In this document: positions 49,472 through 61,823 of the stretch, piece after piece
How the letters are laid out: each line of letters begins with the position of its first letter
How positions within the stretch are numbered: the stretch's first letter is position 1
From: an uncultured delta proteobacterium
GTDB lineage: Bacteria > Desulfobacterota > Binatia > UBA9968
Reading direction: 5' to 3'
DNA: 64,000 nt
NCBI GenBank assembly: GCA_963840855.1
Contig: CAWJBB010000055.1
Span: 1-64,000, forward strand
The notes under the pieces: model-generated
What the model saw: the letters and a program-made list of their open reading frames with translations, nothing else
Databases searched by the model: none
Told to the model about the DNA's origin: nothing
Program-made: the position numbers and the translations under genes

Positions 49472-51459
49472 ATGCTACTCGACTTGTCATTCGACGACGA
49501 GAGCCCTTCGCCAACGGCCATGAATTTCCCATCACCGGCGCCTACGAGAAACTGGTCGGCAAAATCTATGGCGAGGTCGATCCGAAGAATAGGCTCAACA
49601 AGATGATCGTGAATCTCGACAAGGCGCCGCGCAACCGCCGCGGCAGAGTCGAGTATTCGAGCGACTTCTGCATCTTGAAGCCGTTGGACATGGCGCGGGG
49701 AAGCGGCAAGATATTTTTTGACGCCCCCAACCGCGGCGGCAAGCGCATTGTCGCGTTCTTCAACGACGCGCCGCAGAGCAACGACCCGGCGACACTGGAA
49801 GACGCCGGCAACGGTTTTCTGATGCGCCGAGGCTACGCCATTGTCTGGTGCGGCTGGCAGGGCGATCTTATGCCGGTCAAAAACTGGCTGGTACTGAATG
49901 TTCCCGTTGCGACCAATAATGGCAAAGAGATCATCCGTCAAACCCGCACTGAAATCGTCGTCGATGAAAAAGGCGTCAAGTCCCAGCCGCTCAGCGGCGA
50001 TGACCGCGTCAAGAGCTACGAAGCGGCGTCACGGGACAAATTAATCGCTTCGCTCACCGTTCGCGAGAAATCTTACGGACCAAGAATTCCCATACCGCCA
50101 TCGGAATGGGAATTTGCCAGTTGTGTTAAAGATTCACGCTCCGGCAAAGAAACGATCAAATCCAGCGGCAAGCATCTTTACCTTCGCGCCGGCTTCAAGC
50201 CGGGGCATATCTATGAATTCGTTTATGCCGCGAAGAATCCCTTGGTCCTAGGTTTGGGATTCGCTGCTGTGCGTGATCTCGTTTCGTTCTTGCGTTACCA
50301 AAGGAAAGACTCGGCTGGCCGCCTCAATCCCCTCGCAACGGATAGAAAAACTTCTGGCATCCGATACGCGTATGGTTGGGGCCGCTCGCAGAGCGGCCGA
50401 TTCCTCCGCGACCTCCTTTATCACGGCTTCAATGGAGACGAGGCGCATAGAAAAGTTTTGGACGCGATCGCGCCGCATGTGGCGGGGGGCGGGCGCTTGT
50501 TTTTGAATTATGAGTTCGCCCGCCCCGTCACTTCCTCGCAGCAGCACACAAACCAACTTGACCCCGAACTTTTCCCCCACGCTTACAACGTTTTGAAAGA
50601 CGCGCATACCGGACGACGCGACGGCATTCTCAAGCGTCCAAGAACCGACCCGGTGGTTTTCCACACCCAAACGTCGACTGAGTACTGGCAGAAGCGGGCT
50701 TGCCTGGCGCATACCGATGGCAAAGGTCGCGACATCACGCTCCCGGAAAATGTCCGGCTCTACGTCATCGCCAGCGCCCAGCACAACAGTCCCTTCGGTT
50801 CCGAAGCCGTCAAAGAAGACACCCAGCAGCGAATCAATCCGTTGCCCGCCGGCGACGCGCTGCGCGCTCTGATGGTCGCCATGGATCTGTGGGTTACTCA
50901 AGGAATTTCGCCGCCGCCGAGCCAGTATCCGAGAGTGAGTGACGGGACTCTGGTGCGTCCGGATCGAAGAAGCACCGGATTCCCAAATGTTCCTGGCGTT
51001 CGCTACTTCGGGTTTCACAACCGTCAACTCTTTCTCGATTACGGTCCGAACATAAGTCGCGGGCGGCTAGGCGTTCATCCTCCACGGCCAAGCGCCAACG
51101 GCGCCTACGCGATTCTCGTTCCGAAGGTCGACAAAGACGGCAACGACGTCGCAGGCATTCGTTTGCCGGCGATTCAAGTCCCCGTCGGCACCTATACAGG
51201 GTGGAATTTGCGCCCCCGCGGCCTCGCTGAAGATGAGTTGTCAGGCTTGCTCGGATCGTATATACGGTTTGCCAAAACACGATCGCAGCGCAAACAACTC
51301 GGCGACCCGCGCGGATCGATCGAAGAGCGCTACAAAGATCGGGCGGACTACGTGCGGCAAGTCAGCCGCGCAGCAAGATTTCTCGTGGAGCAACGATATC
51401 TGCTTCCAGACGACGCAGAGCGCATTATCAAGGAAGCGAGTAAGCATCGATTGAGGTAG
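49472..51459 (+). CDS. Alpha/beta-hydrolase domain protein (1-nt indel just after ATG)
   Basis: In-frame REPFANG...GAYEKL upstream of ORF 49603; GWQGD, GRSQSGRFLR, PKVDKDGN, SIEERY. Confidence 0.82.
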
Positions 51460-51484
51460 TCAGGTTGTGAATGATTAGAAGGCG

Positions 51485-51564
51485 AGATTCCTCACTCCGT
51501 TCGGGATGACATCGCACGGAGAATAACAACACGAATATGGCATTCCGAGCAAAGCGAGGAATCT
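51485..51564. repeat. REP-like pair (AGATTCCTC..GGATGACA / GCATTCCGAGC..GAGGAATCT)
   Basis: Two inverted palindromic units; same family at ~35944-36146 and ~46110-46190. Confidence 0.75.
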
Positions 51565-51610
51565 CGACTTTCGCACAAAAATTAGCGCTGATTTGTAATC
51601 GGAGGTCGCC

Positions 51611-53640
51611 ATGTTTTCTGTCATAACGATTTTGATTGCATTGTTTTGCCTCCCAGCAACTTCCTCCTCCGAAATCACCAAGATCGTCATCGACAAGCGC
51701 GAGCCGTTCGCGAACGGCCATGAATTCGGAGTTACCGGCGCCTACGAGAAACTCATCGGCAAGGCCTACGGCGAGGTCAATCCCGACACGAAGCACAACA
51801 AAGGCATTGTGAATCTCAAAAGAGCGCCGCGCAACGAGCGCGGCCGCGCTGAGTATTCGATGGACGTTTTTATGCTCAAGCCCATGGACATGAAGCGCGG
51901 CAACCAGACGATCTTTTACGATGTCGTGAACCGTGGCAACCAGGCTCTGCGCGTGAACTACGGCGCCGAACGAAGCAACAACCCATCGACGCTCGCCCAT
52001 GCCGGCGACGGCTTCATGATGCGGCAAGGCTACACGCTGGTCTGGAGCGGCTGGCAGGGCGATGTTCTACCTGGCGGAGGCAGATTAACGACAAGCTTTC
52101 CAGTCGCCAAAAATCCGGAGGGAAGCCCGATCCGTCGCGTGATCACAACAGAGTTTGTTTTCGATAAACCGACCTTCAGCGTCCCGGTCAGTTTCGACCG
52201 TGGATCTTTGGATGTCCAACCCTACCCCCTCGTGAAGGAAAGCATGTCCAAAGCTAAACTCCATCGCCGCGCCGGCCCCCATGAGACGCGGGAACTGATT
52301 CCAACCGACCAATGGTCTTTTGATCGCTGTCCGGACGGCAAAACGAAAACGCCGAGCAACGCCGACGTATGCCTGCCCGCAGGCTTCTCGGCGAACTACA
52401 TTTACGAACTCACCTACGAAGCAAGCGATCCGATGGTGATGGGAATGGGCTTCGCTGCTACACGCGATCTCGTTTCCTATCTGCGTTACGATACCTCCGA
52501 CGGAAACCCGCTGGCGGACAGCAAGGAGAAAAAGTCGCCGCGCTGGGCCATCGGTTTCGGCTCATCACAGAGTGGGCGATTTCTAAAAGATCTCATCTAT
52601 CAAGGGTTCAACCAGGATGAGACAGGCAGAATAGTTTTCGATGGCGCGATCCCGCACATCTCCGCGACACGCCGCACTTTTACCAACTATGAATTTGCCA
52701 TGCCGGGACGTTCAGTAAATACGATTGAGGGCCACTATTATCCGGGTAACGAATTCCCGTTCACTTATGAGACGACTCCTGACCCTTTAAGCAAGAGGAC
52801 GGATGGGTTTCTTGCCCGCTGCCGCCAAGACAAAGCCTGTCCAAAGATTATGCATTGGGATTCCGGCACCGAGGCTTGGCAGGGTCGAAACTCGCTCGTC
52901 ATTACCGACCCGCTAGCGAAGAAAGACGCACCGATTCCTGAAAACGTTCGTCTTTACTATTTTGCCAGCACGCAGCATGGCCCGGCGGCGAAACCGTCGC
53001 GCGGCATCTGCCAACAACTCAGCAACCCCCTCTCGTACCAAGAGACGCAACGCGCCCTGATCGTCGCGCTTCAGTCGTGGGTAACGCTGAGGCGTGTTAC
53101 CACCGCCAAGCCGATTTCCGCGAATTTCTGACGGCACCCTCGTGCCGCCACTGCCGCAGAGCGCACAGGGACTTCCCGGTCATCCCTGGCGTCCGCTACA
53201 AGGGAAAACCAAACGATCTTTCACTTAATGATGGGACCGTTCAGCCGCCCACTCATGTGAAGGCCAAAGAGTATTCGCTGCTCGTCCCCAAAGTGGATAA
53301 AGATGGAAACGACATCGCCGGCATCCGCGCCGTTGGACTGCAGGTTCCGCTCGCCACTCACACCGGTTGGAATCTGCGGGCGAGAGGCTTTATGGAAGAC
53401 GAGCTCTGCTATCTCAGCGGTACCTATGTTCCCTTCGCCAAAACCAAGGAAGATCGGGAAAAGAACGGCGACCCGCGTTTATCAATCGAAGAACGCTACA
53501 AAGATCACGCCGACTATGTGCAGCAGGTCAGCCGCGCGGCGAGAACGCTGATGGATGAAAGATTTCTGCTGCCGGAAGATGCCGAGCGAATCATCTCAGA
53601 AGCGGCGAAGGCGAAAATATTCGCCGAGAAAACACCGTAG
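51611..53640 (+). CDS. Exported alpha/beta-hydrolase domain protein, paralog of 49472..51459 (frameshifts ~53090-53170)
   Basis: Signal peptide; REPFANG, GWQGD, GSSQSGRFLK; 53077..53640 supplies PKVDKDGN...SIEERY. Confidence 0.8.
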
Positions 53641-53742
53641 GAGGATTGATTCTATATGCGAAAGGCACGACGGCCTCGGACATTTATTCTCTGAAACTTC
53701 GTACTATCCGAAGTTGTCGCAGCTTGGGCAAACTCTTAGCTC

Positions 53743-53815
53743 GTAGCCTGGAGGAAATAAAATCAAATCCAGGTAACACTTCCCCCGGATTCCGCTTTGG
53801 CTCCATCCGGGCTAC
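53743..53815. repeat. GTAG-family REP doublet (REPIN-like)
   Basis: GTAGCCTGGA...TCCAGG and CCCGGA...TCCGGGCTAC. Confidence 0.7.
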
Positions 53816-53870
53816 CTCCTGGCCGACAATCAGAAGAGCGTTATTCCCGGCCAGGGGAATCGAGTTCTTT

Positions 53871-53899
53871 CTTCGTGAACTTCGTGTCCTTCGTGGTGA
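53871..53899. repeat. Solo copy of the GxxExxY flanking repeat
   Basis: CTTCGTGAACTTCGTGTCCTTCGTGGTGA resembles 25012-25040. Confidence 0.75.
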
Positions 53900-54626
53900 G
53901 AATTGCCTCACGCCTATTTCTGCTCATAGAGCTTCTTGATGAACCCGCTCTTGTCCAGCTCGGCGATTAACGTCGGGTCCATGAACTCTTCGGGCTTTTT
54001 ATTGCGGATCTCGGGTCTCGTCGCCGCGACATAGTCGTAAGTAGCCTCCAGTCCCTTCATGATCGGATAGGGCACGGAAATGAAATCCTGCCGGAAAATT
54101 TCGTATGAACCTTCCAAGAGTTCCTGATCGTTGGTTCTCAGATATTTGCTTAGCACTTTGATGCTGAAATCTTTGTGCGATTTGAGATACGCGATGCCTT
54201 CGACGTGAGATTTGAGCATGCGCATCACCGTATCGCGATCTTCTTGTACGGTCTTGCGCCTGGTCACCACCGACATCGAAGGATAGACCACCTCTTTCCT
54301 CGCGTCCCACAGTACCCGGTAACCCATTCGCTGCGCCTGAACATCAGTGGGATAGGACAGGTCCGCGGCATCCACCCGCCCCGATGCCAACGCCTGCAGC
54401 CGCTCCTGGGGTGTTCCGATGGAGAGCCAAATGACGTCCCGAATCGGGTCCATGCCGTTTTTACGAATGATGTACTTGAACAGAAAATCGCCCAGCGTGG
54501 CCGATTTCACGGAACGTACCCACCCAATTTCAACGAAGGGACCCACCCCATTTCAGGTGGTTTCCTTCGATTCTGAGCTAAGCGACGAACGATGCTACCT
54601 TGGCCAACTGGAGGAGGATCCAGTTG

Positions 54627-56145
54627 ATGGCCAAAGAGAGGACCAGCGTTCGTATGCAAGCGCAAATCAAAATTCTGTCCGAACAAGGGCACTCAATTCG
54701 CAGCATCGCCCGGATTCTGAGGCTTTCGCGCCGAACCGTGCGCAAGTTCTTGGAATCGATTCCACAGCCGGCTGCTGAGAGCAGCAGTTGGATGGAGACG
54801 GTTGACTGGGAATATGTGCGCCAGGAAGTCTATGGCAAAGGGACCACGGTCAAGCAGATCCAGCGCGAGGTGGCCCCCGATATAGCGTACGTAAAGTTTT
54901 GGCGGGCGTTTCGGGAAAAGGTCAGTGTACAGGCCTCGCCCGATCAAGTGACGATCCGGCTTCATCATAAGCCTGCAGAGAAGACCCAGATCGATTTTTG
55001 TGACGGTCTTTTTCTCACCGATCCTGTGACGGGCAACAAGACCCTTACGCAGTTTTTCCTAGGGGTCTTGCCGTTCAGCTCGTATTTCTTCGGCGAGTTC
55101 GTGCTGGATCAAAAACTTGCCACTTTCATCGGCGTCCAGAGCCGCATGTTCGCCTACTTCGGCGGGATCACTCCCTACGTGGTGGTGGACAATCTCAAAA
55201 GCGGCGTGAACAAGGCCGATCTGTACGACCCCGATGTAAATCCCACCTATTGTGACTTTGCCAATCACATGGGCTTTGCGGTTGTGCCAGCCAGGCCCCG
55301 AAAGCCACGGGACAAGGGCTCGGGAGAAACCCACATCGGAGTGGTCCAGAGGAGTTTTTACCAGGAGGTCCGTAACCGCCTCTTTTATTCGCTCCACGAG
55401 CTCAATCAAACGCTCAGAGACTATCTTCAGCGGCTCAACCACGAGGTGATGAAAGACTACGGGGTGAGCCGTTCTGAGCGTTTCGAGGAAGAGAAAAAGC
55501 AATTAAAGGCCCTGCCGAGTTTCTCCCTTCGAGCTCAGCGAGTGGCGGCAAGCCAAAGTCCATCCCGATTGCCATATCCAGGTGGAGAAAAATTTCTACT
55601 CGGTCCCGTTTATCTACGCCGGCCAGAAAGTCCGGGTCCGACTCACGGAGAAAATCGTGGAAGTCTTCAGTGAGGACAGCCAATCCCTTACCGCTCACGC
55701 AAGACTTAGGGGGATCGGGCAGTTCTCCACCTATGATTTCCATTATCCCGAAAAAAAGCTCAGCGTGGCGCGCTTCGAAGTCCGCCACGCCCAACATCGG
55801 GCCAAACAGCTCGGCCCCCATGTCGAGAAATTGGTCGACCAGCTGTTCGGTGGTTCCCATCCGCTGCGCCATCTACGGCGGGTCCAAGGGATCTTGCGGC
55901 TTTCAAAACGCTATCCGATCACCCCTGAAGCTCTGGACCACGCCTGCCAGCGCGCCCTTAGCTTCAACAAAACACGGCTCGCCTACATCAAAGACTGCGC
56001 CATTTACTTTGTCGCCCACGGTCAAAGACCAACGCTGCTTACCCCACAGAGAAAGCCCGATTGCGTGCATCTGCATCAATACGCCGCCAACTCGGGCGCA
56101 GATTCCGAGCTGTCCTCAGCGTCGGTGGAGGAGGAACTGTTATGA
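54627..56145 (+). CDS. istA: IS21 transposase IstA (frameshift ~55520)
   Basis: HTH SIRSIAR..RRTVRK, QIDF, VVDNLKSGV, PRDKG.GE; second frame VHPDCHI..NFYSVP. Confidence 0.9.
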
Positions 56146-56315
56146 ACACGAGCTTAAAATCCAGCCGCAAAGCCATTTTTAATCATCCAGACAAGCAAGC
56201 GGGAAAAAACGGCCTCCGTATAAGCCCTATAAACGACGATCTCCCCTCGGTTAATACCTTGGGTACCCCCAAAATCAGCCTCTTCTCCCGGAGGTCTCAC
56301 CACCATGATGCTTGA
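56142..56315 (+). CDS. Small ORF (57 aa) between istA and istB
   Basis: RBS GGAGGAGG, ATGA overlap with the istA stop; ends inside the istB start. Confidence 0.4.
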   Translation: MNTSLKSSRKAIFNHPDKQAGKNGLRISPINDDLPSVNTLGTPKISLFSRRSHHHDA

Positions 56316-57075
56316 TCAAGTCAGAAATCTCTCGCACCAGATGCGCCTGTTCGGCATCCATGAAGCCTGCGAACGACAAGCCCAGACAGCCTTGTCCCAG
56401 CAGCTCCATCCCCTGGAGTTCCTCCGACTCCTGCTTGAAGACGAACTGTTATCGCGCAAAGACCGAACTGCCAAAGCGCTTATGACCAAAGCCCGCTTTC
56501 GCTTCCGCGCCGATCTGGAAGATTTAGACCTAACCTTCCACAAGGATCTGACCAAGGCCAAGATCAAAGAGCTCTGTGAATTGAGTTTCCTCCATAACCA
56601 GGAGAATCTTTTGATCCTTGGAAAAACCGGGCTCGGAAAAACTCATCTCGCCATCGCTCTCGGTAAACGGCTGTGCCAGGAAGGCCATCCCACTCAGTTC
56701 CTGCCGGTCAACTTCTTGTTCGAGGAAATCCAGGCCGCCAAGGCCGCCGGACGCTACCTCAATTACATCCGTAGCCTCATCAAGGCCAAGGTTTTGATCC
56801 TCGATGACCTGGGGTTAAGAAACTACACCCACGAGGAGGCCACTTCCCTGATCGATATCCTCGAAGAGCGTTACCACAAGGCTCCTCTGATCGTCACTTC
56901 CCAGGTCGAACCCCAGGGATGGATAAAACTGTTTGAAGATCCGGTGATCGCCGAGGCCATTGTGGATCGGCTCATCCACCCATCTCAGAAAATCACTTTA
57001 AAAGGAGAGAAGTCCTATAGAGAAAAACTTACAGAGAAAAAATCAGGATTGAAAAACCAGGGAGGCTCAGTGTAA
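56305..57075 (+). CDS. istB: IS21 helper ATPase IstB
   Basis: GKTGLGKTHLA, LILDDLG, IVTSQ, AEAIVDRLIH, GEKSYR. Confidence 0.93.
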   Translation: MMLDQVRNLSHQMRLFGIHEACERQAQTALSQQLHPLEFLRLLLEDELLSRKDRTAKALMTKARFRFRADLEDLDLTFHKDLTKAKIKELCELSFLHNQENLLILGKTGLGKTHLAIALGKRLCQEGHPTQFLPVNFLFEEIQAAKAAGRYLNYIRSLIKAKVLILDDLGLRNYTHEEATSLIDILEERYHKAPLIVTSQVEPQGWIKLFEDPVIAEAIVDRLIHPSQKITLKGEKSYREKLTEKKSGLKNQGGSV

Positions 57076-57623
57076 AAGTCAAAATCGCTTCGTCGCTTCG
57101 CTCCGCCGATTTCAATGGTCCCCTTCGTTGAAATCGGGTGGGTCCCTAAAGGAAATCGAACCCAGCGAACCTAAACTCGATGTCGCGATCCTCTTCCCTT
57201 TGATATCTTCTGGCCGTCTAATCTCCTGCTTCACCAGCAGTTTGCTCTGAACTCCGGGCACCGTGTGAGCGATGTTCACCAGATCGGCGCCGGCGAGAAG
57301 AGCGAGCATTACTTGCGGAACCGCAACGGGCGCGGCAAACAGGCTGCCGCCAAGAATCGCCGTCGACGTTTGGCCTGATCCTTTTACCAGGATCAATTCG
57401 ACATCGAGTCCGTATTTCTCGTAAATTTTCGCGTCCTTGGCGAGCCACGGAATCCAATTGGACGCAGACAACGACGTTACGCCCCAGCTGATCTTGTTGA
57501 GCGGCTTGTCCTGCGCGCCGGCGGAACCGAGCCACAGCACGGCAATGATAAGTGTCGCCGAAATGGTTCGAAATCTGCTCATGAACTTCCTCAGGTTTTT
57601 GCGGTTGCCCACCGCCAAGCTGG

Positions 57624-57825
57624 TCACTTCGAGGTTGCCAACGCTTTGACAAGTCCACTTGCTTCGATCTTTTTCAGATAGCTATTGTCGTAAAATTCCT
57701 CCGGGCTCGCCGTCGCCGCTTTCGGCTGGCCGGCGACCAAAAACTGCAACACCGCGCGTACACCGGCTGCGTTGGCATAGGGCATAACCGGCATCATGTC
57801 GACGTAATAGTTGTAGCCCTCTTGC
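57624..57825 (-). pseudogene. 3' remnant of another SsuA/NMT1-like SBP gene
   Basis: Manual translation EGYNYYVDMMPVMPYANAAGVRAVLQFLVAGQPKAATASPEEFYDNSYLKKIEASGLVKALATSK*, parallel to the C-terminus of the adjacent SBP. Confidence 0.72.
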
Positions 57826-57881
57826 CCTTTCCGATCTCTTCCTGTTGATTATCGCCGCAGCTCTGTTGCCGAATTCTGTGG

Positions 57882-58733
57882 TCACGGAGTTCCCTTAGCC
57901 TGCTTGGCCCGAATCGCTTTTGCTTGGACCTCCAGTTTTTCCGCCTCTGCCATTCGGTTCATTTTTCGTAATATTTCCGCGTATCTTTCCTGGATTGTCG
58001 CCACGTCCGGGTAATCGGCACCGAAAACCTTCTCGGCGATCGCCAATGTGCGCTTATAGAAAGGCTCGGCGTCGCTATTCCGCCCTTGAACCTTATAGAG
58101 TTCCGCCAGGTTGTTGAGACTCTGGGCGACCTCCGGATCCTCGGCACCTAACACATTCTCTCGAATTGCCAACGCCCGTTTGTGAGCCGCCTCGGCATCG
58201 GCATACTTGCGTTGAGCCTTGTAGACTTCCGCCAGATTGTTGAGGATCTGGGCCACGTCCGGATCCTCGGGTCCCGCGACTTTTTCAACAATCGCTAGCA
58301 ACTTCCCGGTGAGCGGTTCGGCCTCAGCATACTTGCCCTGAGTCCAGTAAAGTTTCGCCAAACTGTTGAGACTTTGGGCTACCAGCGCATGTTCCGAGCC
58401 AAAACGCTTTTCCAACAAGGCCAACGCTCGCTTCTGATACGGCTCGGCGTCAGAATACTTGCCCTGATTCTGATAGAGTTCCGCCAGGTTGTTGAGACTA
58501 ATGACCAACCGCCCATCTTCAGGACCGAAGCGTTCCGCCAGTTCAAGCCCGCTCTTCCACGTCTTTTCTGCGTCAGCGGGTCGGCCTTCGGCAAAGGCTT
58601 TTCCCCCCGCCTCATCTAACTCCTTCCACCTTTCGTCATCGGACGTTGTGGACTGTGAATGAACTTTAGGGGCAGTGAAGGCAATCGCCAATGTAACGGC
58701 AAGTATGATACTCGCCCTGTTACTATTCCTCAT
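57882..58733 (-). CDS. Exported tetratricopeptide-repeat protein (TPR_12/kinesin-light-chain-like repeats)
   Basis: Signal peptide; repeated [15 protein letters not shown]...RAL.I.EK..G. Confidence 0.9.
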   Translation of the reverse strand: MRNSNRASIILAVTLAIAFTAPKVHSQSTTSDDERWKELDEAGGKAFAEGRPADAEKTWKSGLELAERFGPEDGRLVISLNNLAELYQNQGKYSDAEPYQKRALALLEKRFGSEHALVAQSLNSLAKLYWTQGKYAEAEPLTGKLLAIVEKVAGPEDPDVAQILNNLAEVYKAQRKYADAEAAHKRALAIRENVLGAEDPEVAQSLNNLAELYKVQGRNSDAEPFYKRTLAIAEKVFGADYPDVATIQERYAEILRKMNRMAEAEKLEVQAKAIRAKQAKGTP

Positions 58734-60666
58734 ACTGTTCTTTTAACTTCGCCACCACCGTCGGATCCGCCAATGTCGTCGTGTCGCCCATCGCTCGCCC
58801 GTCGGCGATGTCGCGCAGCAAGCGGCGCATGATTTTTCCGCTGCGCGTCTTCGGCAACTCGGCCGCGAAGTAAATCTCATCCGGTCTTGCGATGGGTCCG
58901 ATCTTCTTCGCGACGTGACCTTTGAGTTCGTCCACCAGCGCGCCGCCGCCGTCGACGCCCATTTTAAGCGACACGAAGGCACAGATCGCCTGTCCTTTGA
59001 TCTCATGGGCCTTGCCGATGACGGCTGCTTCGGCGACGCTCGAGTGATCCACCAGCGCGCTTTCCACCTCCATGGTGCTAATGCGATGTCCGGCAACGTT
59101 CATCACGTCATCGACACGCCCCAGCAACCAGAAGTAGCCGTCTTTGTCTCGCTTGCAGCCATCGCCGGCAAAGTATTTCCCCGGGAACCGGGTCCAGTAG
59201 GTTTGCACGAATCGGTCTGGGTCGCCGTAGATCGTCCGCATCATCGCCGGCCACGGCTTCGTCAACACCAGATACCCGCCGCCACCTTTGGGCACGGATT
59301 TACCCTGCTCGTCGACGACGTCGGCTTCGATGCCGGGAAATGGCATAGTCGCCGAACCGGGTTTTAGCGTAGTGATGCCGGGTAACGGGGTGATCAGCGG
59401 ATGGCCGGTTTCCGTCTGCCACCAGGTGTCCATCACCGGACAGCGCCCGCCGCCGATAAATTTGTGATACCACACCCAGGCTTCGGGGTTGATCGGCTCG
59501 CCCACAGTGCCGAGTAATCGAAGGCTCTTCAGATTGTGTTTGCCCGGATGTTCCGTGCCCCAGCGCATGAAAGTGCGGATCGCCGTCGGCGCGGTGTGAA
59601 AAATCGTCACGCCGTATTTCTCGACGATGCGCCATAGACGTTCGCGGTCAGGCCAGTCGGGCGTGCCTTCGTACATGACCTGGGTCATGCCGTTGGCCAT
59701 CGGCCCGTAGACGATGTGCGTGTGGCCGGTGACCCAGCCGATGTCGGCGGCGCACCAGAAAACGTCATCTTCTTTCATGTCGAAGATCCACTTATTGGCG
59801 AGAGCGACGCCGGTAAGGTATCCGCCGGTAGTATGAACGATGCCTTTCGGTTTGCCGGTGGTGCCGCTCGTGTAAAGGAGAAAAAGTATGTCCTCGCTGT
59901 CCATCTTTTCCGGCTCGCACCACATCGGCGCGTCCGCCATCAGCTCATGCCACCATTGGTCTCTGCCCGGTTTCATCTGCGCGCCGGATTGGGCGCCGAT
60001 GCGGTTGACCACGACGACGTGTTGTATGGACGGCGTGTCCTTCAAAGCATCGTCGGAGTTTTTCTTGAGCGGCACGATGGAGCCGCGGCGGTAGCCGCCG
60101 TCGGCGGTGATCAGAACTTTCGCTTGCGCGTCATTGATGCGGTCGCGCAGCGCCTCGGCGCTGAAGCCGCCGAACACCACACTGTGCGGCGCGCCGATGC
60201 GGTTGCAGGCATGCATGGCGATCACTAGCTCGGGAATCATGCCCATATAGAGGCAGACGCGGTCGCCCTTCTTGACGCCGAGTTTTTTTAAAACATTGGC
60301 GAATTTGTTTACCTCGCGCCAAATATCACGGTAGGTCAATACGCGCTCGTCGCCCGGCTCGCCTTCCCAAATGATCGCGGCTTTGTTTTTCCGCCCGCTG
60401 TCAACATGGCGGTCCAGACAATTATAGGAAACGTTCAGCTTGCCGCCGACGAACCATTTGGCCCAGGGAGATTTCCACTCGAGGACCTTCCTCCACGGCT
60501 TAAACCAGTGCAGCTCCTTGGCGGCTTTCGCCCAGAAGGCCTGGGGATTTTTGCGCGCGCTGTTAAAGGTGCCCGCGTTTTTCATGTTAGCGGACTTTTT
60601 GAATTCTTTAGGCGGCGGAAAGTTTCGTTTCTCGTCTAACAGAACCTCAATGGCTTTGTCGGCCAT
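58723..60666 (-). CDS. acs: Acetyl-CoA synthetase (acetate--CoA ligase)
   Basis: [47 protein letters not shown]. Confidence 0.97.
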   Translation of the reverse strand: MADKAIEVLLDEKRNFPPPKEFKKSANMKNAGTFNSARKNPQAFWAKAAKELHWFKPWRKVLEWKSPWAKWFVGGKLNVSYNCLDRHVDSGRKNKAAIIWEGEPGDERVLTYRDIWREVNKFANVLKKLGVKKGDRVCLYMGMIPELVIAMHACNRIGAPHSVVFGGFSAEALRDRINDAQAKVLITADGGYRRGSIVPLKKNSDDALKDTPSIQHVVVVNRIGAQSGAQMKPGRDQWWHELMADAPMWCEPEKMDSEDILFLLYTSGTTGKPKGIVHTTGGYLTGVALANKWIFDMKEDDVFWCAADIGWVTGHTHIVYGPMANGMTQVMYEGTPDWPDRERLWRIVEKYGVTIFHTAPTAIRTFMRWGTEHPGKHNLKSLRLLGTVGEPINPEAWVWYHKFIGGGRCPVMDTWWQTETGHPLITPLPGITTLKPGSATMPFPGIEADVVDEQGKSVPKGGGGYLVLTKPWPAMMRTIYGDPDRFVQTYWTRFPGKYFAGDGCKRDKDGYFWLLGRVDDVMNVAGHRISTMEVESALVDHSSVAEAAVIGKAHEIKGQAICAFVSLKMGVDGGGALVDELKGHVAKKIGPIARPDEIYFAAELPKTRSGKIMRRLLRDIADGRAMGDTTTLADPTVVAKLKEQYEE

Positions 60667-60948
60667 GGCGCTTCCTCCCTTCGGAAAACCTTTATTTAAA
60701 TAGCGAAAATCGCTCGGATTCTAGTTGAGCGGGACCGGGATGGCAAGAGCTGGTGACCGCGCCTAGAGTCTCGGGTCTCAAATCGTTCAAACTGTTCAAG
60801 AGCGACTCGAACAGAGTTGAACAACGATGTTTCTAACTTTGAGAACCGAGGTTTGCGTTCCTAAAACCCGAGATTGGACCAAGGCACTAGACTCTACACC
60901 GCGGGTTGCGGTAGTGAAGAACAGAAGCGGATATCGCAGGAGGAAGCC

Positions 60949-61690
60949 ATGACCAAAATTGCCATCGTAACGGGCGCCGCATCGGGCATCGGTAAAGCCG
61001 TGGTGGAGCGCTTCGCCAAAGAAGATGTCTCATCGATCATACTGGATATCGATGAATCCGGAGGAAAAAACGTTGCCGCCGAGATTCAACAACGGCAAAA
61101 ACAGGCGACGTTCATGCGGCTGGATGTGACCAACGAAACCGAAGTCCAATCGGTTTTCGAAAAAATCAAATCTACTCATGGCCGGGTCGATATCCTGGTC
61201 AACGTCGCCGGCGGCAGCATGCACCGGCATCCGCTCGAGGAATTCACCCTGGCGCACTGGCAAGCAGTCATCGACGTCAACCTCACCTCGACGTTTCTCT
61301 GCTGCCGCGCGGTGACAGGGTTAATGAAAGGCCAAAAGGGCGGCGCCATCGTCAATATTTCTTCCGACATCGGTTTCAGCGGCGACGCCAACCGCTCGGC
61401 CTATGCAGCGGCCAAAGCGGGAATTCTCGGCCTGACGAAAACCTTGGCGCTTGAGCTCGCGCCCTTTGGTGTACGCGCCAACGCTGTGGCACCAGGACGC
61501 ATCGCTACCCCGCGCGTGCGCGCCACCTATTCGGACGCCGAGTGGGAAACCGCCGCGAAAAGAATTCCCAATGGGCCATGCCGGCGAGCCGGAGGACGTC
61601 GCTGAAACCGTAGCGTTTCTCGTCAGCGATGCCGCTAAACATTTCACTGGGCAGACGCTCCACGTAAACGGCGGCAGGATCATGACGTAG
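60949..61690 (+). CDS. SDR family oxidoreductase (frameshift ~61570)
   Basis: TGAASGIG, NVAGG, YAAAK; second frame MGHAGEPEDVA...TGQTLHVNGG. Confidence 0.88.
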
Positions 61691-61755
61691 ATCGCAGCGC
61701 CCGTCGGCGCAGCCAAAAGCCGTTATACCTCCCGCAAAGGCGCGAAGGCGCAAAG
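61691..61755. repeat. CGCAAAGGCGC-type repeat with CAGCGC..GCAGCCAAAAGCCG tail
   Basis: Inverted relative of the composite units at 42815-42880 and 46196-46250. Confidence 0.65.
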
Positions 61756-61823
61756 TTAGGGGGCGTTAAAGGGGACGCAAACCTTTCTTGACGCCATGGA
61801 GTCGATCGATGTAGCGTTGCGCG

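Larger units (their letters stand above)
54498..57160 (+). mobile_element. IS21-family insertion sequence
   Basis: Direct repeat CCCAGCG (54491-97 / 57161-67); terminal IRs with internal ACCCACCC.ATTTC repeats; istA + istB. Confidence 0.92.
53914..57582 (-). pseudogene. SsuA/NMT1-like SBP gene interrupted by IS21
   Basis: Removing the IS and one CCCAGCG copy restores ...RIATSSLGSLGDFLFKY... Confidence 0.88.

Noticed and set aside
57682-57885. 67-aa ORF overlapping the TPR stop
   Set aside because: A different frame on the same strand gives a clear SBP C-terminus, so this is a shadow ORF
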